Shown piece by piece: positions 16,294 through 25,015 of a DNA stretch of 32,000 nucleotides. The DNA comes from Edaphobacter aggregans (GTDB lineage Bacteria > Acidobacteriota > Terriglobia > Terriglobales > Acidobacteriaceae): the NCBI RefSeq assembly GCF_003945235.1, contig NZ_RSDW01000001.1, positions 3,450,001-3,482,000 on the forward strand. The letters run 5' to 3'. The notes beneath the pieces are model-generated. The model was not told where the DNA came from, made no database searches, and was given only the letters and a program-made list of their open reading frames with translations. The position numbers were made by a program, and so were the translations under genes. Numbering within the stretch: position 1 is the first letter of the stretch; each line of letters starts with the position of its first letter.

Positions 16294-17940
16294 TTGATGT
16301 CAAAGGTTTTAAGTGCGATCGCCCTCTTTGTGTTTGTTTTCCTGGCTGTAAAACCGAGCTTTGCTACGGGTGGGAAGTGCCCTTCCGGGAATACGACCAT
16401 CGACCCGTCCGGCAATCCTATCAACATCGCCGATATTGGTGTGAATGGGACAATCACGGGTGGAATCACAAGTTGTTTTTATGCGTCGCAGGCTACAGGA
16501 TCGGACACAAACAGCGGTACGACTGAAGCATCCCCTTGGAAGCATATTCCAGGGATGTCAGGATGCTCCGGTGTGTGCGCATCTACCATCCCTGTAGCAG
16601 GCGAGGCCTTCATCCTCAAGGGCGGAGATACCTGGACGGCGACTACCGATATGAACGGTTTGCAGTGGGCTTGGTCAGGCACCAGTACACACCCGATCGC
16701 CGTAAGCACAGACCCTACATGGTTCAACTCAAGCTGTGGGGCCTCGTGGTGTCGTCCGATCTTCAACGCGAATTCGGCCGCGACCAATAACATGTTCAAC
16801 GTCGGTAAACAGAGCTGGAACATCTTCGACAATATCGAAGTCACAGGAATGCGGAACAATATTAACGGCTGCCAGATGGCGAGCAGCACGAATACACGCT
16901 GCACCCAACTTTACTTTCATGGATGGAGCCACACAGGGAATAGCGATAATGTTGGATTCTTCGCCCAGTGCGGAACTGCCGACATGATTGATCACAACGT
17001 TATCGATGGCTCTGATAGCACCAAGAACACATTCAACGGGGTGTTTTCAAGCTGCGCGGGAACAATTGCCTATAACTACTTTGCGTATGTGGTGTCCGGG
17101 GTTCTCGCTTCGACCGACAGTGTTCACGACAATACAATCCTTCATACGGTGACCTCGATTGACGGGGACCACTGTAATGCGCTCTTTACCTTCGGCCCCG
17201 CCAGCGGCACAAGCCAACTGATCTACAACAATTACATCAATAATGGCAACAGCTGTCCCGGTGGCGTGGTGCTCTGGTTTAACGGCAACGGTGGAGGAAG
17301 TTCTAGCTGGGTTGGATACGGCTTCAATAATGTGATGTGGGGGCTTAGTTCCAATCCGGTTAACGTCGGGAACCATCAGACCACGAATTATGGAACTTAT
17401 TACTGGTTCAACAACACTGTGGATTGCGCGCTTGGCGGCTGCGGCGGAACTCCGGGAAATGGGTACTGGACGATGTTCGACCAGAACAATCACGCCATTC
17501 CGTCAGCCTTGAATTTTGATGCCACATCTTTTGGAGGAAGTATCCCGACCCCGTGCAATCTTGGAAAGGGCACTGGATGCACCGATCTGACACAGACCGA
17601 AGCCGTAGCGAATGGGCAGGGCTACATGTCAACCGAGGCCCATCCTTATTCGCCTATTGGTAACTGCACGCCGTCGACGTGCGGGACAGTTCAATCTGGA
17701 ACCAATCTTACCTCTACTTACTGTTCCACTCTGTCATCTGTAGATGCCGCGGCTGGGGCCGCGTGCCTTTCGTCAAGCAGTGTTGGCGTTGCCTATAATT
17801 CAACAAGCCACAAAGTTACCGGCCCGAGTGCAACACCGCTCCCGAGGCCAAGTTCTGGGCCTTGGGACATTGGAGCCTACCAATTGGGTATACAAGGCGG
17901 CCCATCCGCCCCAACAAGTCTAACGGGTGCGGTCCAATAA
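16294..17940 (+). CDS. Secreted right-handed parallel beta-helix (pectate-lyase-fold) protein; candidate polysaccharide lyase/hydrolase/epimerase
   Basis: Signal peptide 'MSKVLSAIALFVFVFLAVKPSFA|TGG'. G/S/T/N-rich with many Cys. Opening 'AFILKGGDTWT...GTSTHPIAVSTDP...RPIFN' followed by rung-like repeats: 'NIFDNIEVTGMRNN', 'IDHNVIDGSDS', 'VHDNTILH', 'IYNNYINNGNS', 'FNNVMWG', 'WFNNTVD'. Terminal 'WDIGAYQ' motif. AGGAG at 16281-16285; start is TTG 16294 or ATG 16297. Confidence 0.65.
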   Translation: MMSKVLSAIALFVFVFLAVKPSFATGGKCPSGNTTIDPSGNPINIADIGVNGTITGGITSCFYASQATGSDTNSGTTEASPWKHIPGMSGCSGVCASTIPVAGEAFILKGGDTWTATTDMNGLQWAWSGTSTHPIAVSTDPTWFNSSCGASWCRPIFNANSAATNNMFNVGKQSWNIFDNIEVTGMRNNINGCQMASSTNTRCTQLYFHGWSHTGNSDNVGFFAQCGTADMIDHNVIDGSDSTKNTFNGVFSSCAGTIAYNYFAYVVSGVLASTDSVHDNTILHTVTSIDGDHCNALFTFGPASGTSQLIYNNYINNGNSCPGGVVLWFNGNGGGSSSWVGYGFNNVMWGLSSNPVNVGNHQTTNYGTYYWFNNTVDCALGGCGGTPGNGYWTMFDQNNHAIPSALNFDATSFGGSIPTPCNLGKGTGCTDLTQTEAVANGQGYMSTEAHPYSPIGNCTPSTCGTVQSGTNLTSTYCSTLSSVDAAAGAACLSSSSVGVAYNSTSHKVTGPSATPLPRPSSGPWDIGAYQLGIQGGPSAPTSLTGAVQ

Positions 17941-18119
17941 GGATTGTCGTTTGTCGGAAATCTTAGAGAGGGTGTAGCGTGAGGAAGTTAAAGGAAGGAC
18001 GTCCTACAATTTTGTAGAGTCCTAGGCGAAATCATGCCATTCGGCCGCTCGCGCTATATATGCCGGATCTTCCGAGGACTTCATCCAACGGCCACATCTA
18101 AGCCCCTCAACTGGTTCCA

Positions 18120-19064
18120 ATGAAAATCAGCGTCCTCATCCCGGCCTACAATTGCGCAAAAACGCTTCGCTCAACACTCGAATCAGTATTTGCGCAAACG
18201 TCGCCAGCTGATGAAATCATTGTGCTCGATGATGGCAGCACGGACCAAACGCCCGAGTTGCTACGCTCCTACCAGTTGCAGATAAAATTTTTTCGTAAGC
18301 CGAATGGAGGCGTCGCTGAGACACGCAATGCACTCGTAGCCGCGGCTAAGAATGAAATGATCGCCTTTATCGATGCAGATGACCTGTGGCATCCGCGATA
18401 TTTGGAAACACAACGGAAGCTGTTCAATCTTCACCCGAACGCATCGGCTTACTTTATTGCTCATACGAGTTTCACCGGGCTGGGTGAGTATAAATGGCAG
18501 GATGAATACGTCAAACAAGAGTTGCGCGCCGAATACTTTGAAGCGGCTCCATTTTTGAAACGATTTCGTACCGCGCCGGGGCACTTTGTTCTTAGCTTTG
18601 CCTGCATTTCTGCGACCGTGCTGCGTGCGATGGGTGATGAACCGTTTCGCGAAAGAATTGCGGAAGATGTTTATCTGTGCTGGATGCTACCGCTGTATGG
18701 GCCGATTGTTTTCGCGTCAGCCCCACTTTTAGGCGCGTACCGAGGAACGCCCGGTTCGCTCTCTTCAAATCGACTGAAGTCTGCCGAGTTGGAGATCAAA
18801 GTTCTTGAGCTTCTGGAAGGACGCTTCGCTACGGCAGACATCGGACTGGAGAAGGAGTTTGAGGTGGCCTTTCATTCAAAATTGCGGACACATGCCAAGA
18901 TCCTCATGAGCGCTGGTCGAGCCGAAGAAGCTCACGCACAGTTAAGGCGCTCCCTTGGCCGGTCCATCAATCCTGTTTCGTTGGCGAAATCATTTGCTCT
19001 GCTCTCCCTGAGCTATCTTCCCAGGCCGCTGCAGCCGAAATGGCCACCGGTCGATCGTGTGTAG
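18120..19064 (+). CDS. Glycosyltransferase family 2
   Basis: 'KISVLIPAYNCAKTLRSTLESVFAQTSPADEIIVLDDGSTDQT' and 'FIDADDLW' (DxD). Confidence 0.85.
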   Translation: MKISVLIPAYNCAKTLRSTLESVFAQTSPADEIIVLDDGSTDQTPELLRSYQLQIKFFRKPNGGVAETRNALVAAAKNEMIAFIDADDLWHPRYLETQRKLFNLHPNASAYFIAHTSFTGLGEYKWQDEYVKQELRAEYFEAAPFLKRFRTAPGHFVLSFACISATVLRAMGDEPFRERIAEDVYLCWMLPLYGPIVFASAPLLGAYRGTPGSLSSNRLKSAELEIKVLELLEGRFATADIGLEKEFEVAFHSKLRTHAKILMSAGRAEEAHAQLRRSLGRSINPVSLAKSFALLSLSYLPRPLQPKWPPVDRV

Positions 19065-19118
19065 AGTGCTTCCCATAAGTCTTAATGTAAGCGTCTTGAT
19101 TGCGAGCCGAGATCATCG

Positions 19119-20519
19119 ATGCAACCCAAAAATTTGGCATTCGGAGGAGGCGCGGGTGTAACCATGTTGCATCCGCTGGTGGCATTGTTGATGCTTATCG
19201 CCATCATGCAGATCCTTACACTTCCACGTAACAAGGCTATTGCACCCTTTCTCGTCACCTTTTTCACGATACCAACCGCACAGGTTGTTTTAGTGGGGCC
19301 TCTGCACTTTCCTGTCCTGCGCATCCTTATTTTGACCGGATTGGCCCGAATGGCTCTTCCCCGGAGCGCAGGGTCGGGAGGCACGTTCACAGGTGGCTTC
19401 AACATGCTCGACCAGATAGTGGTCTTCTGGACTGCGTCGGCTTTAATCGTTGTTTCTCTTCAGTGGATGGATCCCCAAGGGCTTATCAAATTTGTAGGGG
19501 ATTTTCTGGATTCACTAGGTGGCTACCTCGTGGTGCGATTTCTAATTCCGGACCGTGAGGCAGTCCGGCTTACGGTAAGGGCGCTGGCCTTGATTTGTCT
19601 GATTCAGGGCATGTGCATGCTGAGCGAACAATTCACTCATAGGAACGTGTTTGCCTTTTTGGGAGCAAATCAACCCACGATAAGAAACGGCAAGATACGG
19701 TCAGAGGGAGTTATGGGCACGCTCTTCGGAGGTACGTTTGCCGGCGTTTTAATCCCCTTGTTTCTTTGGTTGTGGACCGCGGGAAAATCTAAGTTTGCGG
19801 CGGCTCTGGGGTTGATTGGCGCCACTGCGATGGTGTTCGCATCTCATGCGAGCACGTCATGGTTGGCTTACGGAAGCAGCCTGCTGGGACTTTCTTTTTG
19901 GTTTGCGCGAAAGCGGATGCGACTCGTTCGCTGGGGGATTGTGACCGCTTTGGTGGGATGTCACCTTTTCATGAATGGGCCCGTTTGGTCTCTCATTGAA
20001 AAGATTGATCTGACTGGTGGCTCATCCAGCTATCACCGGTATGAATTAGTTGACAATTGCATTCGGCACTTTAGCGATTGGTGGCTTCTCGGCTATAAGT
20101 ATTATGGCAGATGGGGATTTGATATGTGGGATCTCTGCAACCAATTCGTTGTCGCCGCGTTGACCGGAGGCCTGATAACTCTGATCTCTTTCATCATGAT
20201 TTACAGTCGGAGCTTCGGACTAATCGGGAAGACGAGAAAACGGGTGCAGGGAATCCGTGCACAGGAGTGGTTCCTTTGGTGTCTTGGTTCGAGCCTGTTT
20301 GCCAATGTCGTGGCTTCCTTTGGCATCAACTATATGATTCAGCTGCAGCTCATGTTGTTTGTACTGATTGCCTGTGTTTCCATCGGAGTACTTAAGACCC
20401 GAACAACAGTGGAAAAAAAGCAGATCAGATATGCCGTTTATACCGTTGAACCCAAGGACATAGATGCGCCAGTTCACTCGCGGTATAGCCGGTTAGAGTC
20501 TGGGGCTTACTCTCGCTAA
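19119..20519 (+). CDS. Polytopic membrane protein, O-antigen ligase / Wzy polymerase-like
   Basis: 466 aa with ~10-12 hydrophobic helices. The central region 'FASHASTSWLAYGSSLLGLSFWF ... GGSSSYHRYELVDNCIRHFSDWWLLG' resembles the Wzy_C/O-antigen-ligase family loop. It sits in a locus that also has a Wzx. By-eye only. Confidence 0.55.
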   Translation: MQPKNLAFGGGAGVTMLHPLVALLMLIAIMQILTLPRNKAIAPFLVTFFTIPTAQVVLVGPLHFPVLRILILTGLARMALPRSAGSGGTFTGGFNMLDQIVVFWTASALIVVSLQWMDPQGLIKFVGDFLDSLGGYLVVRFLIPDREAVRLTVRALALICLIQGMCMLSEQFTHRNVFAFLGANQPTIRNGKIRSEGVMGTLFGGTFAGVLIPLFLWLWTAGKSKFAAALGLIGATAMVFASHASTSWLAYGSSLLGLSFWFARKRMRLVRWGIVTALVGCHLFMNGPVWSLIEKIDLTGGSSSYHRYELVDNCIRHFSDWWLLGYKYYGRWGFDMWDLCNQFVVAALTGGLITLISFIMIYSRSFGLIGKTRKRVQGIRAQEWFLWCLGSSLFANVVASFGINYMIQLQLMLFVLIACVSIGVLKTRTTVEKKQIRYAVYTVEPKDIDAPVHSRYSRLESGAYSR

Positions 20520-20784
20520 GAGTTCGATAGCCGAACTAACGATGGGCTTCCACCGCTTGCTGGCAGATGTCGGCAGCCCGCACTGAACTTTGGCAGCCAG
20601 ACGTGGTCTACCTCGACGACGCAGAAGGGGAACGTGGGGCGCTCCTTTAGGGGTGTTAGTGCGCATTGTTAGCGGAAAGAGACGATCCTAAGTCTATTGG
20701 GATCTATGCCTGCTGTCGGGCGGAAATGCGAAACAGGTAGCAGACCGCAAGCAGAACCCATAAGAGAGAGGCAGAGGTGTGAGA

Positions 20785-22593
20785 ATGCTACTAAACAATT
20801 TTCCAAACAAACTGGGCGGAGACAGAATCGGTTTGTGGTCGGCGAAATTGCTTTTTTGGGGGCTCGCGGGGTTCATATTCCTAAACTGCTTGGCCTTTTA
20901 CAGTTCCTATACGCCTTATAGCGATGACTTCGCATGGATCTTGCACTGCGATCATCGTTTTGCGAACGTGGCGGAGTGGTTCACCCGGGGCGCGACGGGC
21001 TACTTCGTCAACTATCAAGGACTCGTGAACCCGCTCCACACGGCTAACTTTCGGCCCCTTGCCGCCATTTTCTTTTACCTCGCCAGTTGGTTCCATCCTT
21101 GGATGGGATACCAGTCTCAACTGGCAATGAACTATGTCCTTCTAATTGTCGTCCTATGGGCTTACCTACGATTTCTTCAACGCTTCACCCCGCTTTCCGA
21201 CACGGTGCGCTGGATAGTAGCCGCGGCTTTTCTCGTGTCGCCCGTCTGGTCAGACAACTATTTTTATCCTTCCATTAGGCTTCATTTGCTCGAGTGCGCG
21301 GCAACGTTACTAGCGAGCCTACTGCTTCCGTCTGCGGCTGGTGGTTCCCTGTTCAGGCGAGTTGTTCCTGCGGCCATTGTTTCTGCAGGCGCGGTGTTCG
21401 CGCATGAACTCGGCATTGTGGCGCCATTGATTGTGGCGTGGACACATTACCACGTGTCGACTCGGGCTGGGTATCGGCGCAAAAAAGCTGCAGGTGAAGC
21501 ACTTCTGATTGTGGCCATATCTATTGGCCTATACCTCAGCGTTCGTCTGGCTTTCTTCCAAGTATCAGCGCAAAGTGGATATCAGGCGTATCAGGCGTAT
21601 CACTCCAAATCCCCAGCGGCTGCCGTATTGGGTCTCCTGATGCGACCTTTTTTTCCATTCGAGACATACGTTTCTGGGGAGGCACTAAGGAGCGGGGGGA
21701 CGCTGATTGGTTGGTGGATGGTGTTGCTTACGCTAGCAGTCTATATTTTGCTTGCCGTTGGACTAATACGTAATTCTCGTTACCGCAGTGATCTGCGAAT
21801 GCTGACAGGATGTGCTGCAATTGCGGCTGCGCCACTGGTTTTCGCTGTCGTGGTAAGACAAATGGGTATCCTGCTGATTTATTGTCTGCCGCTCGCTTAT
21901 TTGACCGTCGAATCTTCGATCTCCGTCAACGCCAACCGACTACTCCTTCGTCGGGTTGGAACCGCGCTTCTTGCTGGTGCGGGTGCGCTCTACATAGGTG
22001 CGGGAATCCAATCGTTTGTGAAGGCGCGCGCAAATTGGAGCTCGGAGTCGATATATTGTCGTTCCATGCGGGCCGAACTTGCGTCCGCCATGCAACGCGG
22101 TGCGAGGCATATTTTTCTTATTAATGATCCGTCAGCTTATTTCGGCAGCCTGGCAATGCTTCAACTCACGGCGAGGGAGAACGGGGTAACGCTGGCCGAT
22201 CCGACCGTAGTCAACCAGTTGGCGCTGGGGAAATACGAAGACGCGAGGTATACGCAGGATAATGGAATTATGGTTGAGTGTCGGGGAAACGTTGTGTCAA
22301 TTCAAATTGAGCTTGCTCCAGGCCGGAAGTTTGATTTTGTTGCGCCTCCAGAAATGCTCCTAACTCGCGCGAACGCCAGTGGCGGTCGATACACGTTTCC
22401 TTATGTTCAAAGAACGCAACATCGAGACATGCTAGCGCGCTCGATTGTCGAGAAAATCGATTTTGGTAATAGGCTCGTTTTCAACGCTCCAACCGCTTGT
22501 AACAGTGTTGGCGTCGTCGGGTTCCCCGGACGAGGTCAATTGCAGCCTCAGATATTCCTTTTGACCCCGCCAGGTTCGCAAGCAAAAAATTGA
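20785..22593 (+). CDS. Large polytopic membrane protein with a C-terminal soluble domain; GT-C-like (PMT_2/ArnT/TMTC-type) candidate glycosyltransferase
   Basis: ~11 hydrophobic helices over the first ~400 aa, then ~190 aa soluble. The first loop carries 'PYSDDFAWILH' followed by 'NFRPLAAIFFYL', echoing the acidic DD/DE loop motif and downstream 'YRPL' seen in GT-C/PMT_2-type enzymes. ATG 20785 follows AGAGG at 20773-20777; the track start is GTG 20779. Confidence 0.45.
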   Translation: MLLNNFPNKLGGDRIGLWSAKLLFWGLAGFIFLNCLAFYSSYTPYSDDFAWILHCDHRFANVAEWFTRGATGYFVNYQGLVNPLHTANFRPLAAIFFYLASWFHPWMGYQSQLAMNYVLLIVVLWAYLRFLQRFTPLSDTVRWIVAAAFLVSPVWSDNYFYPSIRLHLLECAATLLASLLLPSAAGGSLFRRVVPAAIVSAGAVFAHELGIVAPLIVAWTHYHVSTRAGYRRKKAAGEALLIVAISIGLYLSVRLAFFQVSAQSGYQAYQAYHSKSPAAAVLGLLMRPFFPFETYVSGEALRSGGTLIGWWMVLLTLAVYILLAVGLIRNSRYRSDLRMLTGCAAIAAAPLVFAVVVRQMGILLIYCLPLAYLTVESSISVNANRLLLRRVGTALLAGAGALYIGAGIQSFVKARANWSSESIYCRSMRAELASAMQRGARHIFLINDPSAYFGSLAMLQLTARENGVTLADPTVVNQLALGKYEDARYTQDNGIMVECRGNVVSIQIELAPGRKFDFVAPPEMLLTRANASGGRYTFPYVQRTQHRDMLARSIVEKIDFGNRLVFNAPTACNSVGVVGFPGRGQLQPQIFLLTPPGSQAKN

Positions 22594-22717
22594 ACGTTCG
22601 TTCAGCCTTGTGGCAATAAGGCGGAGCTTCGTGAGACCGATATCGCGACGCCAGGCAACTTACACGCGCCGATTAGTTTTGAGCCGATGGCTCGTGCCGA
22701 ATGAATAAGAGCGAACA

Positions 22718-24031
22718 ATGAGATCCGACAGTAGACCCATTCGAGTCCTATATAGTTTCCCCAACAGGCTGGGGGCAGGCCGGATTTGCTATACGGCCTG
22801 GCAGCAGGTGAACGGGCTAGCTGCGGCAGGCGCGGACGTGCTTGTTTGGCCGGCTTCTCTAGGTCGACCGGTCTCGCCGGGCATCAAAATTTTGCAGACG
22901 CTGGCTCTGGGGAAATTCCGCATACCGTACCGGATCGTAGGGACAATGCGCGCTGTAGCGCTTCACGACCGGATTGTGTCGCATCGAATCGAAAAGATGG
23001 GGGAACAGATTGACATCATTCACACTTGGCCACTTGGAGCGCTTGAGACGCTCAAGACAGCGGCGCGGCTGGGGATCCCGACATTACTCGAGCGACCGAA
23101 TGCACATACAGGTTTCGCTATGGACGTTGTGCGAAAGGAATGCGACCGACTAGGAATCGTACTGCCGCCGGATCAAGAACATGCGTACAATGCAGCAAAG
23201 CTGCACAAAGAAGAAAAGGAATACAAGCTAGCGACGCGGCTCCTGTGTCCATCTGATTTCGTAGTAAAGACGTTTCTCGACAAAGGGTTTGCGAAGGTAC
23301 ATCTTGCCCGGCATACCTACGGGTTCGACGAGAAAGTCTACTACCCTGACATGAAGCCGCGTGACCCCAAGCGAAAACTAAGCGTGCTGTTCGTCGGAGT
23401 CTGCGCGGTACGCAAGGGAGTGCACTATGCCCTTGAAGCATGGCTGCAGTCTCCTGCCTCAAAGGACGGAACATTCCTAATAGCTGGGGAGTTCTTGCCA
23501 GCCTACCGTGAAAAGCTCGAACCTATGCTGTCGCATTCAAGCGTAAAAGTTCTGGGCCATAGGACGGACGTGCCCGATTTAATGCGTCAAAGCGACATTC
23601 TGGTTCTGCCTACTATTGAAGAGGGAAGCGCACTCGTAACTTCCGAAGGCCGAGCTAGCGGGTGCGTCTTACTGGTATCGGAAGCTGCCGGCGCGATCGG
23701 TCGTCATATGGAAAATGCGCTCATCCACCAAGTCGGCGACGTTCCAGCGCTCGCTCAACACTTTACGATGTTGCACGAGGATCGCGTACTTTTGGAACGG
23801 CTCCGAATCGCCTCGGTGGCAGGTGTCTCCGAGATTACCTGGACGGCGGCCGGAGCGAGGCTCCTTGACGTATACCGCGAAACGATCGCGACCCACAAGG
23901 CAGCCGTCTCGAGAGAAATTTCTCAATCTCCGGATGCGTTTCCGCAAAAGCCTGATATTGGACCAACCGTACAAATGATAGGGAGCCCCCTTCATGAATC
24001 CCAAAGTGTCCGTAGTTATTCCCACATATAA
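22718..24031 (+). CDS. Glycosyltransferase family 4 (GT-B, group 1)
   Basis: 'IRVLYSFPNRLGAGRICYTAWQQVNGLAAAGADV', 'VLFVGVCAVRKGVHYALEAW', 'LPTIEEGSALVTSEGRASGCVLLVSE' (E-x7-E). Confidence 0.8.
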   Translation: MRSDSRPIRVLYSFPNRLGAGRICYTAWQQVNGLAAAGADVLVWPASLGRPVSPGIKILQTLALGKFRIPYRIVGTMRAVALHDRIVSHRIEKMGEQIDIIHTWPLGALETLKTAARLGIPTLLERPNAHTGFAMDVVRKECDRLGIVLPPDQEHAYNAAKLHKEEKEYKLATRLLCPSDFVVKTFLDKGFAKVHLARHTYGFDEKVYYPDMKPRDPKRKLSVLFVGVCAVRKGVHYALEAWLQSPASKDGTFLIAGEFLPAYREKLEPMLSHSSVKVLGHRTDVPDLMRQSDILVLPTIEEGSALVTSEGRASGCVLLVSEAAGAIGRHMENALIHQVGDVPALAQHFTMLHEDRVLLERLRIASVAGVSEITWTAAGARLLDVYRETIATHKAAVSREISQSPDAFPQKPDIGPTVQMIGSPLHESQSVRSYSHI

Positions 24032-24995
24032 CCGGGCAGATAAGGTTCGGCAAAGCGTGGAGAGCGTCCTAGCGCAGAGCTTCAAGGATCTGGAAGTCGT
24101 CGTGGTGGATGACGGATCATCTGACGAGACTGGGCAAACCCTCAACCACGATTTTGGAGATCGTATCCGTTACTACTTCCAACATAATCAGGGAGTAAGT
24201 GTGGCACGGAACAAGGGAATTGAGGAAGCTAGAGGTGAATGGATTGCTTTTCTGGATTCCGACGATCTGTGGGAGCAGGAAAAGCTCGAATATCAATTCA
24301 AGGCCTTGGATCGATTTGGCGCCCAATGTGGTGCGTGTTACACGGACGTCAAATTCTTCAACCACTCAGAAACCCGCACCATGTTTCAACTCGCTGAAAG
24401 CAACTACCGTCACGAAGAAGAGATGGGCGTAAATACCGACGTGCTTAGACTGCTGGTGAAGCCCGGAGGCGCTGGGATGGTGGTCTGCTTGTCCTCGTTC
24501 CTTGCGCGAAGGGATGTAATAAGAAAGATGGGGGGATTCGACACTGGCTTGTTGTATAGCCAGGACAGTGAATTCATGTTCCGCCTGGCGATGCTCACTG
24601 GCTTTTGTTACGTCAACTGCCCGCTTGTCTCATTTGACCGATCGCCTGTAGAAGATCGCCACGTGGGTGTAAGCTCCGCTTGGAACGAACTGGAATTTTT
24701 CCTTCGAGATAGCCAGCTGAGGCTCGAGGGGTTGTTGCGCTTGACTGATAACCAACCGTCTGCGATCCGCAGTCTGGTCCGCCGACAGCTGGGCTCCGTT
24801 CATAGTGGATGGGTAAATTGCTATTTAGAAACCGGACAGTACACAAAGGCGCGTACAGCCGCTTACAAGGCGGCGCAGATGAATTTAACTTTCAACTTTG
24901 CAGTGAAATGGCTGCTCACATGGATAAGTCCCAGGCTCGCCCTTCGAACTGTACGCCACCGGGAAAACAAAAGAGCTTCAGCATTCAGCGTGTAA
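23994..24995 (+). CDS. Glycosyltransferase family 2
   Basis: 'KVSVVIPTYNRADKVRQSVESVLAQSFKDLEVVVVDDGSSDETGQ', 'GVSVARNKGIEEA', 'FLDSDDLW'. GGGAG SD at 23983-23987. Overlaps the upstream GT4 by 38 nt. Confidence 0.85.
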   Translation: MNPKVSVVIPTYNRADKVRQSVESVLAQSFKDLEVVVVDDGSSDETGQTLNHDFGDRIRYYFQHNQGVSVARNKGIEEARGEWIAFLDSDDLWEQEKLEYQFKALDRFGAQCGACYTDVKFFNHSETRTMFQLAESNYRHEEEMGVNTDVLRLLVKPGGAGMVVCLSSFLARRDVIRKMGGFDTGLLYSQDSEFMFRLAMLTGFCYVNCPLVSFDRSPVEDRHVGVSSAWNELEFFLRDSQLRLEGLLRLTDNQPSAIRSLVRRQLGSVHSGWVNCYLETGQYTKARTAAYKAAQMNLTFNFAVKWLLTWISPRLALRTVRHRENKRASAFSV

Positions 24996-25015
24996 AAGCG
25001 GTGTTAGAAAAGCCC

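Noticed and set aside
17996-18005. 10-bp palindrome AGGACGTCCT followed by ACAATTTTG after the beta-helix gene, considered as a terminator
   Set aside because: A palindrome with no loop cannot form a stable hairpin, and the T-run is only 4 nt. It is not supportable as an intrinsic terminator.
19119-20519. Considered whether the 466-aa polytopic protein is the exosortase (XrtA/EpsH) expected in this type of locus
   Set aside because: I could not find the exosortase Cys/Arg/His signature arrangement. The loop 'SSSYHRYEL...WWLLG' and the overall look fit Wzy/O-antigen-ligase proteins better. An HMM search is needed to settle it.
21581-21598. In-frame 9-bp tandem duplication ATCAGGCGT x2 (encodes YQAYQAY) inside the GT-C-like gene
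   Set aside because: There are only two copies and they are in frame in a loop region. This is a plausible slippage footprint but too short to argue for phase variation.
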